A stretch of 60,902 nucleotides of DNA. Origin: Seison nebaliae. Taxonomy: Eukaryota. Positions 39,658 through 51,100 of this stretch are shown here, piece by piece; within the stretch, counting starts at the first letter, position 1, and the number at the start of each line of letters is the position of its first letter. The notes beneath the pieces are model-generated. The model saw only the letters and a program-made list of their open reading frames with translations. It was not told where the DNA came from and did not search any database. A program made the position numbers and the translations under genes. Location of the stretch: assembly GCA_023231475.1 (NCBI GenBank), contig JALJEE010001842.1:1-60902 (forward strand), written 5' to 3'.

Positions 39658-42600
39658 TTATTCGTCAACGAATTGTTTGTAAAGTAGAAATGAGACAAGT
39701 GATGCTGGTAAGGGCAGATAAGGTATGAAATGTGGGGAGATATACCGAAGAATTGAACGTCGACAACATTCCTTCAATGTTGATGTGGCGACTAGAGGGA
39801 GAGAATAAAGGACAATTTCTCTTTCTCTTGGATCGGCATTAATGTGACGAATTAATGCGATCGTATCACTATAGATGGAGATGGATGGATACATTGAGAA
39901 GAGGAGTGTGTAAGTATTAGAGAAAATGAAAGCACCATTAGCTGGTGCAGTAAAATCAATAATTTGCATCATATGAAGAAGAGTGGATGAGTTGAGGATA
40001 TAAATGAAGAAATCTCTTGATTTCTTCCGATGGAATATTGGCAATGTACAAACCACACAAATTAATGAACCATCTCGAGTATATTGGACACGGAATACTT
40101 TCGTTTTCAAAGTGTGATTCGCTTGGAGAATGGGTCGAATGTATCGTAAATCAACTATCTGTCCACCAACCGTATCAAATTCGGCGAGACGATTATGAGC
40201 AAATCGTGGATCGAAAGCGAATCTTTGATCACAACGAGCTGATGTAGCTCGAATGACGTTACATGATTCAATGGAAAAGATGAGTGTCGCTTCAACATTC
40301 GATGCTTGTGCGAATGAATGACTATCATCATAATCTGGTGTAACAAGTAATAATGTTTCATCTGGTGAGATGATGGCAGCATAAGTGCGTGCATTAAACA
40401 CACGATATAAACGTCTTGCTATTGGTTGTCGTTGACGAAGATCATAAATGAAAATGTCACTTTCATCGTTACCTTTCCACGTTTGAAAGACGACGAGATG
40501 AGGCGAATAACCAATGACTCGATTAAGTCGTGCTAAAACTTCACGTACATGAGGGAATAAATGTTGAACTGGATAACGATCAAGTGCTATCGGTAATGTT
40601 ATGATCATTTCATCTTCAATAATCGTTTTTTGATCAGATGAAATTAATTCACGAATGACAAATTGTGAATCGCCACGACGTTCTAATGATTTGAAAATTC
40701 TTCCATTGACATGATTTAAGAAACAAATGTCATTCTCGTCCATTCGATTTGTACGACGATTATTTCCTGTTGTCGTCGTTGTGGTTTGTGTAGTTGATGA
40801 TGATGATGATGATGATGATGAATTGATAGTTGAATTGATTGTTGTAGCAGTGGGAGAATTAGTGATTGTTGGCATAGTAACATTATTGTCATCATTCTCC
40901 AATTCTAAATAATCGTCTTCGTCTTTTTGTGATTCATCATCGAATGTCTCATCATTAATTCGATTAGTTTTCTTCGATTTCTTTGAAAAATGATTTCGGA
41001 ATGATGTATTATTATTATTATCATCAATCAAATGACTATCATCAGGCATGGAACAAAATAATAATTTCTTATAAATAATCGATGGAGGAATATTGACTTG
41101 TTTCTGATTCGTTATCGGATAAAATGATGATTGATTAAATTGGGATGGAGAGAGTAATAAGTTCGAGTGAGAGATTGGATGGATATTTGATGTTGTTGTC
41201 GAATTGAAAACATGAAATTTTGATGAATATTTTTTGAAATTATTTCCCATACCAATTGATGAAGCAATTCCATTATCGAATGGATTAGTCATCGAGAAAT
41301 TGGATCCACATGAAGAAATTGAAGAAATAATTGAAATAGCTGATGGTGTTGTAATGGTGGTTGTTGTTGTTGTTGATAATAATGCAGATGATAATGAAGA
41401 AATTGAAGTGGTTGATGAAGAATTATTAAAAGTTTTTAAAGTATTCTTAAATTGAAACATTGAACATGTGAGAGAAATATTGGAATTAATTGTCGTCGTA
41501 TTCGACATATTTGATAGAGTCGAATGGGATGATAATATTAATGTTGATGTTGTTGATGGTGAAGAGATGGTTGATTGAGTAGATAATGAATGTATTGATG
41601 TTTGCATAGAATTATCTTCTAAAAGACGACAAACGTCAAAATTCGAATAATGACCATACACTAAATTCTCACCACAAATCCATTCATTATAATCGATACA
41701 AAATGGACCATAATTCTTTCGTTTCCATTCATTTAAATTATTACGAATATTCAACTCATTCTTCACATCACCAAGATAATAATGATGTTTCACTCTATCA
41801 TTCCTCCAATCGAAAGTAGTTGTTTGTCCACGATTAACGAACATTTGTTCTTTCGAATTATCGAATTGAATCGATTCTGTTTGTTCACCATATTTCATTG
41901 TTGGTGAAATAGTTTCATGTTCACATCGTTTATTATTCACATCCATTGAAGTTCTTCCTTTCATTCTCGTTATTGTTTTCTTCAAAAATATTTGAGAGAC
42001 ATCTTTCATTTTATTCTCTTCTACTTTTTTCAATGATAATGATGATGATGGTACTTTGTTTGAGGATGAGAACAATAAATTTTGTTCGACTATTTCATTT
42101 CGATTAAATGAAACTCGTTCAGAAATCGAATGAAGCGAATAAGATCGATTTAGAGAAATTATTCGTTCTTCATTTGACATCATTTTCTGGTTTAGAGGAG
42201 AGATGGTGGCCGAATTTGGAAAAATTTTATTTCCTTGTAAAAAATTGGAGTAAAATGAGATCTCTCCTTCCAAATCATCATCTCTCACTTTCATTAATGA
42301 AGAACATGATGAATGATGTCGTTTCATCTGATGGAATCGATCATCATTCTTCTTATTATTCTCATCGATCCTCAATCGACTGTTATCATTGGTTAGAGAT
42401 GAAGGTGATTTCGATATGGACTTTTGAAATCTTTTCAATGAAATTGATGAATTGTTGATTCTCTTCAAAAATTTTTCATTTATTTTCAAAAAATTCCGAT
42501 TTTTATTCTCTTCCTTCATTTTCCTATTTTTTTCATTCTTCTTTGATGTGGAGGACGAGGAGGATGAAGACGATGACGGTGATGATGATGAGAAGAATTG

Positions 42601-42885
42601 ATGGAATAATTGATGATTAATTGTCGATTGATGATGATGGTGATGATGATGATGATGTTTAGTTCTCTGAAAGGATTGAGTGGACAAAAATCGAAGAAAT
42701 GCTAATGACAAATGAGTCGTTGACAAATATGATGAATAGAATTGATGTCTCTTATCCGTTCCAATATAAATCCGTCGACATTCTAATAAACGATTGACAC
42801 ATTCATTCTCATTAATCGATGAGTGAAATGGTCTTTTCGTAACAATACGTCTCATACATCCGGTCGTATTCTTTCGCCGAACCAT
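39658..42885 (-). CDS. Large SOCS-box protein with low-complexity N-terminus and probable beta-propeller-like C-terminal region
   Basis: Uninterrupted 1075-codon ORF. The C-terminus PL...TLKECCRRSILRYI......LPLPASLVSFL is a typical BC-box + cullin-box SOCS motif. The preceding ~300 aa show repeated beta-strand-like segments (AAIISPDETLLLV, VFRVQYTRDGSLICV). True start uncertain. Confidence 0.75.
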   Translation of the reverse strand: MVRRKNTTGCMRRIVTKRPFHSSINENECVNRLLECRRIYIGTDKRHQFYSSYLSTTHLSLAFLRFLSTQSFQRTKHHHHHHHHHQSTINHQLFHQFFSSSSPSSSSSSSSSTSKKNEKNRKMKEENKNRNFLKINEKFLKRINNSSISLKRFQKSISKSPSSLTNDNSRLRIDENNKKNDDRFHQMKRHHSSCSSLMKVRDDDLEGEISFYSNFLQGNKIFPNSATISPLNQKMMSNEERIISLNRSYSLHSISERVSFNRNEIVEQNLLFSSSNKVPSSSLSLKKVEENKMKDVSQIFLKKTITRMKGRTSMDVNNKRCEHETISPTMKYGEQTESIQFDNSKEQMFVNRGQTTTFDWRNDRVKHHYYLGDVKNELNIRNNLNEWKRKNYGPFCIDYNEWICGENLVYGHYSNFDVCRLLEDNSMQTSIHSLSTQSTISSPSTTSTLILSSHSTLSNMSNTTTINSNISLTCSMFQFKNTLKTFNNSSSTTSISSLSSALLSTTTTTTITTPSAISIISSISSCGSNFSMTNPFDNGIASSIGMGNNFKKYSSKFHVFNSTTTSNIHPISHSNLLLSPSQFNQSSFYPITNQKQVNIPPSIIYKKLLFCSMPDDSHLIDDNNNNTSFRNHFSKKSKKTNRINDETFDDESQKDEDDYLELENDDNNVTMPTITNSPTATTINSTINSSSSSSSSSTTQTTTTTTGNNRRTNRMDENDICFLNHVNGRIFKSLERRGDSQFVIRELISSDQKTIIEDEMIITLPIALDRYPVQHLFPHVREVLARLNRVIGYSPHLVVFQTWKGNDESDIFIYDLRQRQPIARRLYRVFNARTYAAIISPDETLLLVTPDYDDSHSFAQASNVEATLIFSIESCNVIRATSARCDQRFAFDPRFAHNRLAEFDTVGGQIVDLRYIRPILQANHTLKTKVFRVQYTRDGSLICVVCTLPIFHRKKSRDFFIYILNSSTLLHMMQIIDFTAPANGAFIFSNTYTLLFSMYPSISIYSDTIALIRHINADPREREIVLYSLPLVATSTLKECCRRSILRYISPHFIPYLPLPASLVSFLLYKQFVDE

Positions 42886-44194
42886 AATTTCCTTTGCTCA
42901 TAATCATGTGTGGATGATGATGGTGATGATGGAAATAATCGAAGAAATTATTTCATTCAATTATTTTATAGTCAGAATGGCATTTCTTTTTCAGAGATTT
43001 CACATAAAATTATTGAATAAAAACAGAAGAAAAAACAAATTAAATTACTTTCTACCTTTTCCCCACACATTATTTAACACAAAATTATTTTTACCAATAA
43101 TTCCCTCAATGATTTGTGGATGATAAGACTTATCATTCGAAATTGAGAACATTCCAAAAATTTCCTCTAACAACCATCAACATATTCGATCTATCATTAT
43201 TATCTTCATATCTATCAATCTCTATAATAATCTCCATTTTTATTATCGATTTTTTTAAAGAAATTTTTCAGTCATTAAAAACCTCGAATCTAATCTTTTC
43301 CATAATTGTTAATTGATCACATGATTATAAAATATTCATTTCGTTATTAAAATATCTAATGTCATCTAAATTCACCGATCAAATTAATAATCCAATTTTA
43401 AGTTCCAAAGACATTCCCTCAGATGTCCAACCTATCACAATTAGCTAATCGACTTATTCAATTTCCATTATGATCAATAACTGTCGTGAAATATTTAAAA
43501 AAAGATAAAGAAATAAATTTATTGAAAAGAAAATATAAAGAAATGTTGAAAGATTCTTTAAAAATTTATCTCTCAAGTAGCTGATAAAAGTAGAATAGAG
43601 TAACAAATAATTTTCTGAAAAGTCATCTTTGAAAATTAAAAAAATTTTTGGGCTTATCAAACCATAATAACGACCATGTAATCTGGTACCATTATAAGGT
43701 TTGGTTTATTCGAGAAACTATTTTTTAATATTTTTTTATTTGAACTTCAAATTTCCCCTCGAACTTTTGAAAAATAATTTTAGAAAAAACTCATCGAATT
43801 TGTAGAGGTGTTGAGGCTCTTTTGACTTATCTCTATTTCTTAGTTTTATTTAATTTTCCTCTATATTTCTTTAAAAGATTTATATCAATCTCTAAGATAT
43901 TAAAACTTTTTTTAAAAAAAAATGATTGAAATAGTTCACACATCTAATGCTTCTAAATTTACATTTACCTCTTCTGCAAATTGTCTACAGTCAGGTTCTT
44001 AACAAATAATCAAAGATTTCATGTGAAAAAGATGCAGTTTTTGTTTTCTTCATATATGATGAGCGAGGAGTGGAATGGAAATAGAGTTTCTTGGAAGAAC
44101 TTTTAACAGCTCGTTTAGAAACTGTACCACATCGAAACGTGGTACATGTGAGAGAATGTTAAGGGATGAGGTAGTGTACCGATGGGTGTGGATG

Positions 44195-44203
44195 GTATAA
44201 ATA
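44195..44203 (+). promoter_or_regulatory. Candidate TATA box
   Basis: GTATAAATA in a locally G-richer context about 60 nt upstream of ATG 44261. Confidence 0.45.
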
Positions 44204-44260
44204 TAGATGGAAATGTGCAGATATCGTTATTAGTAGATTAGATTTAGATTAGTCTTAAAC

Positions 44261-45874
44261 ATGATTCGTACGATCATCATCTTTTTAATTTTGGGGAATG
44301 GAATATTGTGTTCTAGCGAACTGGAGAAGGTTAACAATGCCATGGCCGATTTGATAAAGAATGTTGGAGAATGTGACGAGGAATGTTATGAACCGAAAAT
44401 GATGCAATTCAGATTGACGAACAATGCTAGTACAAAATTTGAATGCTCTACGGGAAATATCAAAATGCATTACTTCCTCGTACAATGGGTGGACAACAAT
44501 GAATTAGTGAAGGAGTGTAAGAGTTCTATGTGGTATGATGTCATTTTGGGGAACTGCGACAGAAAAATGTCTTGTGATGTCTCGATGGAGAATATTGATG
44601 AAAGGTGTCGAATTGCTTTGAAATGGATTGATATCGATTATTATTGTATGGAACGAGAACCTCAAACCGTTCTTCAATGGATTTACTTCGATATACCTTT
44701 CATTTTTCCAAAGAAGATGATAACTCATCTTCGAGAACGACGACAATTCATCACTCATCATGGCTCTGCTCAAGCACAAGGTCAAGCACAACGACAAGGA
44801 CAACGACATCAATCGATTGGTTCTGGATTTGGTAGTTCATTCGGCACTCAACAACAAATGCAACAACAGCAACAACAACAACAACAAGGATCTCATGGTT
44901 CTGGATTTGGTGGTTCATTCGGTGGTCAACAACAAATGCAACAACAAATGCAGCAACAACAACAAGGTTCACATGGTTCTGCGTTTGGTGGTCAACAACA
45001 AATGCAACAACAGCAACAACAGCAACAACAAGGATCTCATGGTTCTGGATTTGGTGGTTCATTCGGTGGTCAACAACAAATGCAACAACAACAACAAGGT
45101 TCACATAGTGCCGGTGTAGGTCATCGTCGACCGATTTCACAATTTGGAACTACTGCTCAACATCAATCACAACGACAACGTCAATTACAAGCTCAAAGAC
45201 AAGCACAAAGACAAGCACAACGACAAGCTCAAAGACAAGCTCAAAGACAAGCACAATTACAAGCACAACGACAAGCACAATTACAAGCACAACAACAAGC
45301 GCAAAGACAAGCACAAAGACAAAGTAATAGACATCAAAGTGGTGGATTTGGAGGACATCGAACACAAATTGGAGTTCAACAACAACAACAACACCAACAG
45401 CAAACTCAACAACAAAGTGGTAGCAGTTTGAACAATATTTGGGAGAATTTTTATACGAATTTCTTCCAATCACCAACTGTTGCCGTTCGTAATAGTAATA
45501 TTCAACAACAAAGACAACAACAACGACATAAAAGTGCAATTATACATTCCAAACGTGTAATTTCCACTAGTCAATATTATGAATTAATGAATCAATTGGT
45601 TCAACAACAAAAACAACAACAAGAACAATTGCAAAGTCAACAACAATTGCAAAAACAACTTCAACAACAACTTCAACAACAGTTGCAATCTCAACAGCAA
45701 AACCAGAATCAACAAACTAATGTACAAGTTGTTATTCAAGAGGATGAACGACGAAAGCAAAGAAAAGCCAGAAGAAGGAAGAATCGACGAAACCGAAATC
45801 GTAATAATTTCAATAATTCCTTCAATGATAATTGGCAATGGAATGGTTTATCTCGAATGACACATTGGCACTAA
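44261..45874 (+). CDS. Secreted protein: signal peptide + Cys-rich SUEL/galactose-rhamnose-lectin-like domain + RERR site + Gln/Gly-rich repeats; intronless
   Basis: Signal peptide MIRTIIIFLILGNGILC. The segment CDRKMSCDVS..NID..C....KWIDIDYYC resembles the SUEL lectin pattern C.GK.SC.V...N....C....KYL.V.Y.C. Then come (QQQMQnGSHGSGFGGSFGG)n and (QAQR)n repeats and a basic tail. Confidence 0.75.
   Translation: MIRTIIIFLILGNGILCSSELEKVNNAMADLIKNVGECDEECYEPKMMQFRLTNNASTKFECSTGNIKMHYFLVQWVDNNELVKECKSSMWYDVILGNCDRKMSCDVSMENIDERCRIALKWIDIDYYCMEREPQTVLQWIYFDIPFIFPKKMITHLRERRQFITHHGSAQAQGQAQRQGQRHQSIGSGFGSSFGTQQQMQQQQQQQQQGSHGSGFGGSFGGQQQMQQQMQQQQQGSHGSAFGGQQQMQQQQQQQQQGSHGSGFGGSFGGQQQMQQQQQGSHSAGVGHRRPISQFGTTAQHQSQRQRQLQAQRQAQRQAQRQAQRQAQRQAQLQAQRQAQLQAQQQAQRQAQRQSNRHQSGGFGGHRTQIGVQQQQQHQQQTQQQSGSSLNNIWENFYTNFFQSPTVAVRNSNIQQQRQQQRHKSAIIHSKRVISTSQYYELMNQLVQQQKQQQEQLQSQQQLQKQLQQQLQQQLQSQQQNQNQQTNVQVVIQEDERRKQRKARRRKNRRNRNRNNFNNSFNDNWQWNGLSRMTHWH
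44815..45325 (+). repeat. Coding tandem repeats: GSHGSGFGGSFGG-polyQ units (~4) followed by 12-bp QAQR units
   Basis: ggatctcatggttctggatttggtggttcattcggtggtcaacaacaaatgcaacaa recurs, followed by repeated caagcacaaaga/caagctcaaaga units. Confidence 0.9.
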
Positions 45875-46159
45875 AAATGAACGTTCAATAAATCTTTATA
45901 AGTATTGTGATTGTTGTATGAAACAAGAAATAATAATGAAAGAAATAAAATCATGAAAAGAAGATCATTTTCTGAATCTCATCGCAACATTATTGAACGA
46001 ATAATTTCATTAAAATAAATTATTAACATCTCTCCCATCATATTAGTTAGATGAACTAATCCATTTTTCCTATTTATCCTTTTCATCCACGTTCTTTGAT
46101 TCATTTCAAATGACACTTTCACAAATGACTATTTATCATCGATTAACTTATTATAATTA

Positions 46160-46423
46160 TTATTCCATTAATAAATTATGAATATCATTCTTCTTAATAA
46201 TATTCACATCTTTTCCCATATCTTCTTCTCTATGAACATCATCATCTTCATCATTATCATCATCGTCATTATTATTATGACTCATTTGATTATTTATTTT
46301 CACAAGAGTTTCATCTTCTTTCAACGAAATCATATTTACTCTCGTCGGATGAATTAGTTCGTCATGATTTCTAAATTCATTCGATTTAAATTCCACCTCA
46401 ACTTTATCCAAAGATGACGATGG

Positions 46424-46455
<32 letters not shown>

Positions 46456-48122
46456 GCTGTTGTTGTTGTTGCTTGATTATAGCAACTAATAATGATGAAT
46501 ATATACCTTGCATTAATGATGTATTATTATTGATATTGTTGTTATTGTTATTAATATTATTGTTGTCGTAATTATTAACGTTGTTATTGTTCTTATTAAT
46601 ATATCTATCGGATGATCTCAGATTCTCCAAAAGTTTTTTAACAGCAATATTATCTGATTCGAACATTTGTCTCTTCTCTTCGTCATGAGTTGCTTCATAT
46701 AATTTAGTTGTCGACGACTTATCCTCATATAGACAAGAGTCATCTTTTTTCATATTTTTTAGGACTGATATCATCAAATTTTCATGAATCAATTTCGATT
46801 GTGATGGTATTGTTTGAGTGGATGGTATTTGTGCTGAAGGGTCAATTGGTGCAGGTTTAGAGAAAATTGATGGAAATGGTTTGGTTGTAACTTCTTTAGT
46901 TGTTCGACATAATTTCTTACTAATCACATCTTCAGGTGCCAATTGTCGTTTACGACTCGGTTTCTCAATAGAATCCACTCTCTCTTTACATTCATATGAG
47001 TCGTCTAATATCTGATTGAATTCCTTCGTTTTATTCGAATCATTTAATTCCCCAGTATTTATAGCTGACGGTTGACTGAAAGATGAAGTTGACGAATTTT
47101 CGGATGATATTGATTTATTCACATCTATTAAAGATTTGGATGTGTCCAATGTTGACATTTCACCAATTTGTCGTCCCCTTTTTTGTTTCCGCCATTTAGC
47201 TCGACGGTTCTTAAACCATACCTTTTTGTTTTCAAATGAATTTTAAAATATAAAGATATATTGTTATAAGGAAATAAATTTTTGTAACTTCTACTCTTTC
47301 TTCTTTCAAATTAATTTTTAATGCTAATTCATCACGTAACATAACGTCGGGATAATGAGTTTGGGCGAATGTGCTCTCCAATTTCTCTAATTGATCTTCA
47401 CTAAATATTGTTCGATGTCTTCGCTTCCTTCGCAATGGTTGACCATTATTTGTGAATCTTTGTTCATCGATATGATTCTCATCTTGTCGTCCTGTCTGTT
47501 GATATTGTTGTTGTTGTTGTTGTTGAATATTCTGATCGACAATTTTAGTTCTTTGTGCTAAATGTGCATCAATTGGAAGACATTGAAATTTATTTTTATT
47601 AAAATCAATTGATGAATTTCCTGTCGGTTTAACATGATCAGAGATCGTCTCAGTTAATTGAGAATCGAAAGAAGATAATAATTTCGATGAGGTTGAAGAG
47701 AATGGTGATATTGTATAAAATGATTCATTATTCATTGAATTTCCTTCTTTTTTCATATTCGAATAATAATTTAGAGATCTTTGTTGATCATTGAATGATA
47801 ATGGAATTTGTATCGGTTGTTGTTCCGCTTGTTGTTGTGAATTCCAAATAATTTGTTGTAAATTCTTCTCCGCCGTATCGTTAAATGATTCATCAACTAT
47901 TCCAATTTTAGATATCGGCTTCTGTTGTAGTTGTTGTTGAGAATAAGAGTTTCGAGTTTGATGGTCCAAACGTTGGAAAAGATTCATAAAGAAATTCATA
48001 TAATTCGCATTCGAACCGTTGTGAACAGAATTGACGATATTCGTTGACCGAATTGTTCGATTTTCGGGATATCTCGACAAAACTGAATTATCATTCTTTC
48101 CAATCAATTTCTCACTCATCAT
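46160..48122 (-). CDS. gsc: Goosecoid homeobox protein (PRD class, K50), ~631 aa; exons 48122-47289, 47221-46160
   Basis: Homeodomain [63 protein letters not shown] is diagnostic of goosecoid. Intron 47222-47288 (GTTACA..AAG) lies at the typical PRD-class position. Confidence 0.93.
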
Positions 48123-51100
48123 ATTGGAATTGGAAAAGTTTCTAATGGCTAGACATGAGAAAATGAATTTACTTTCATAAAATTAAAATAAACGATCTGA
48201 TTGTTGAATTTGTTCATTGATCAATGTATTTATGGAGAACAAATTTAATTGTCGTTTCTCGTTCCGATCAACAATCGATTGTGTCTTCTCATCACCACAA
48301 TGAATTTTCCTTTGGCTTCTTGACAATACGTCACTAGATAACATAATTATCTGACAAGGAGAATTTGATAACGAAATGAAAAGTTATCGATAAAAACAAT
48401 TAAAGAAAATCTTATTCCAAAATATAATAAAACTAAAGAATAATTCGCTTCGTTTCTATCCCTGTCATATCCGTTCAATATATTCTTAGTTTCTCTTACA
48501 TTACAAGAAATAATATGAATTCGAGAAATCTCATTGCTAGCGAGAAATACCGGAAATCTTTTTACAATATCAAACGATTACATTCTCCCGATTACTTTCG
48601 ATAAGAAAACATTATTACAAATAATTACATCGTTTCGTCCTATTTTATTAAGTTCCATAATTTTAATATAGTCCAATAATTTCGATAAACGAATAGAAAA
48701 ATAAAATGGAAAAAAATTTTCAATCGTTAGAAATATAAACTTTTTAAAACTTAATAAACAACAAAGGCACAAACTAAAAGTTCTGTTACTCTAAATAAAA
48801 AGTGGTAAGGAAAATATTAATGAAAATAGAACGATTGAACTGTATTGTGAAGCGCATTTGAACGACGCTTCTCTGATAAGAAACAGTTTCTTTTTTGATT
48901 CTAATTGTGTTTATTTATTTGAAATGAGAAGAATGTGGAATTTAACAATAAATCGTAACGGTATTATATCTGATTTTGAAAAGAAGAAGCACCGTTAAGA
49001 TGTGTTTTGAAGAATTCAGATAATGATTCAAAAACGGAGTGTTTTTTTTATATGTCTGTCATTAGTGAATGGAAGGAGTAATTTAGAGACATTCCTATTT
49101 AGCAGACTGTTTTTCTTTTTTCAAAAGATAGATCAGAAGAATTTCCTTCCGATCAAATGTCGTTCAATCGAATGTGAATTGGAGGATAGTAAGATGATTT
49201 TCAAAAGAACTTATTTCAAAAGAAATTAAAACAATGAAGAAAAATGGAGTGACGAAATGTTCGATCGATGAAAGTTAATGAAATGAAATCGATCGAATTC
49301 AATGTTACTCTATACAATTGATGAATGGATCTTGAAAATATTATTAATTCGCTTGATATCTTTACAATTGGAAAATATTTAACTCTTTCCTTTCTTTACT
49401 TTATTTCTTTCTTCGATGATTCTCGAATAAAACTAAAGAAAAGAACGAAACAATTAAGAGATACGCTAACTAGAAAATATTTCATATGAAAAATTAATGA
49501 AGATGAACGATAGAAGTTCAATTACAATAGAACAAAAGTCGTATCAGTATTAAGAATAGTTACTGTAAATAATAATATAGGTGAAAAACTACTAAAAAGA
49601 TTTCAATTCGACAATGATAATTTGAATTCGATCAAAATTTCCCCCTTATTCTTCTTCTTTCGGGAAAGTCGATGGAGGAGATAGAACAAAGATTCATGAT
49701 CGGATTGAGAGAATAGTTTCTCTGAAATTAAATTAAATTATCTATTCTCCTCTATTCTTCTATCTAATTCATCATCATTGTTGTGACGAGTGAATTATTA
49801 TCATTTTGACCAATCATTATCGATTAATGAACGATATCGTTTAATCAAAAAACAACGAATATGAAATCTGTTAATAAAATAAGAAGAATCAATTTGTTTG
49901 CTCATTGGATTTGATGACGTAATTGGATGGTGGAGGGGAAACCGGTTTAGATATTTATTCTGAGTTGAGAAATGTTGATGAGTCGATAATCGATAAAGGA
50001 TTTTTTTTGGTGTAATTCTTTTCAATTGAATTTGAGTAAGAAATGAGTTTTGTCGTCAAATGAAATTTGTTAATTTGACTAGTTGTTTGGAAGTAAGTCG
50101 ATTGACGATTGGTTTATTAATCGACATAATTCGTCGTCGATTGTATTAGAAGACGGAATGATGAAGGAGAGATGGATGGAGGATAAATGAAGATTGATAA
50201 AGGTTTTTGGAGGAAGAAGAAATTGATTCGATCTTCTTTTCGATATGATTCTCGTTGATGATATCTCGATTGTTATTTTTGATTAAACTTCAACTCCAAT
50301 TGGAAAGTTGACATACAATAATGATGTTAATCAATGAAAAACATATACGTCGATTTGATTGAATAAAATAAAATGTTGAATATCACCACATAACGGCGAT
50401 ATGTTTCTTATGATCATCGATATTTCTGACAATCACCAACAAGAGAATAAACATCCCATATTCTCTCGTCGTTTAACTAAACATCATTTTCTTCGAATGT
50501 GTATTCGTGTAAATTTATGACACTATAAAATAAGTAAACGCGTCATATAGCGGTTGTTGTTAGGGAGGGCAGAGCGAAAATGAATGATCAAACAGTATCG
50601 GAAGATTTCCACTGAAAAAAGAAAAGGTAAAGTAAATTAAAAAGAAATTTCTTTTCTTTTATATTTGTCAATATCGATAATAGAATCAAAAGAATTTACA
50701 TTTAATGTTACTGGCCAACTCAGTCATACTATAACTAGTAACTTGTCGAAGATGATTGTAGGTAACCGTAGTCAGACTACGGTAGTCTTGAGAGAAGTTG
50801 AAAGAAAGTTTGTCGCGCAATCAGTTCGCTCTCGGGTTATGAAAGGCAAAAAAATTTAAGTGAAATTTTTTGTGGGAACGATTGTTTATTGGCACACTTC
50901 ATTGAACGAGATATATAGCCCGCCAAAATGAAAGGACTAAATAAAAGGAACTAACTATACTATCAATCCATGCACCATTAGTATAACCATTACCACAAAC
51001 AATTGGTAATACATTCCATTCGCGTCATCATAAATGGAATCTCTACTGAAACTATTAGAATTACTCTTCAATTCAATCCATTTCCTTCTATTCTAACTAA

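Noticed and set aside
44285..45838. Several antisense and alternate-frame ORFs (Val/Leu- or Asn/Lys-rich) over the secreted-protein gene
   Set aside because: They are shadows of CAA-rich repeats; the same applies to shadow ORFs over GAS2-like, CAPS, GABBR1 and the SOCS-box gene.
49260..49298. Inverted repeat TTCGATCGAT..ATCGATCGAA
   Set aside because: The arms are built on the self-palindromic TCGATCGA word, and TCGA/ATCGAT is very common in this sequence, so it is probably chance.
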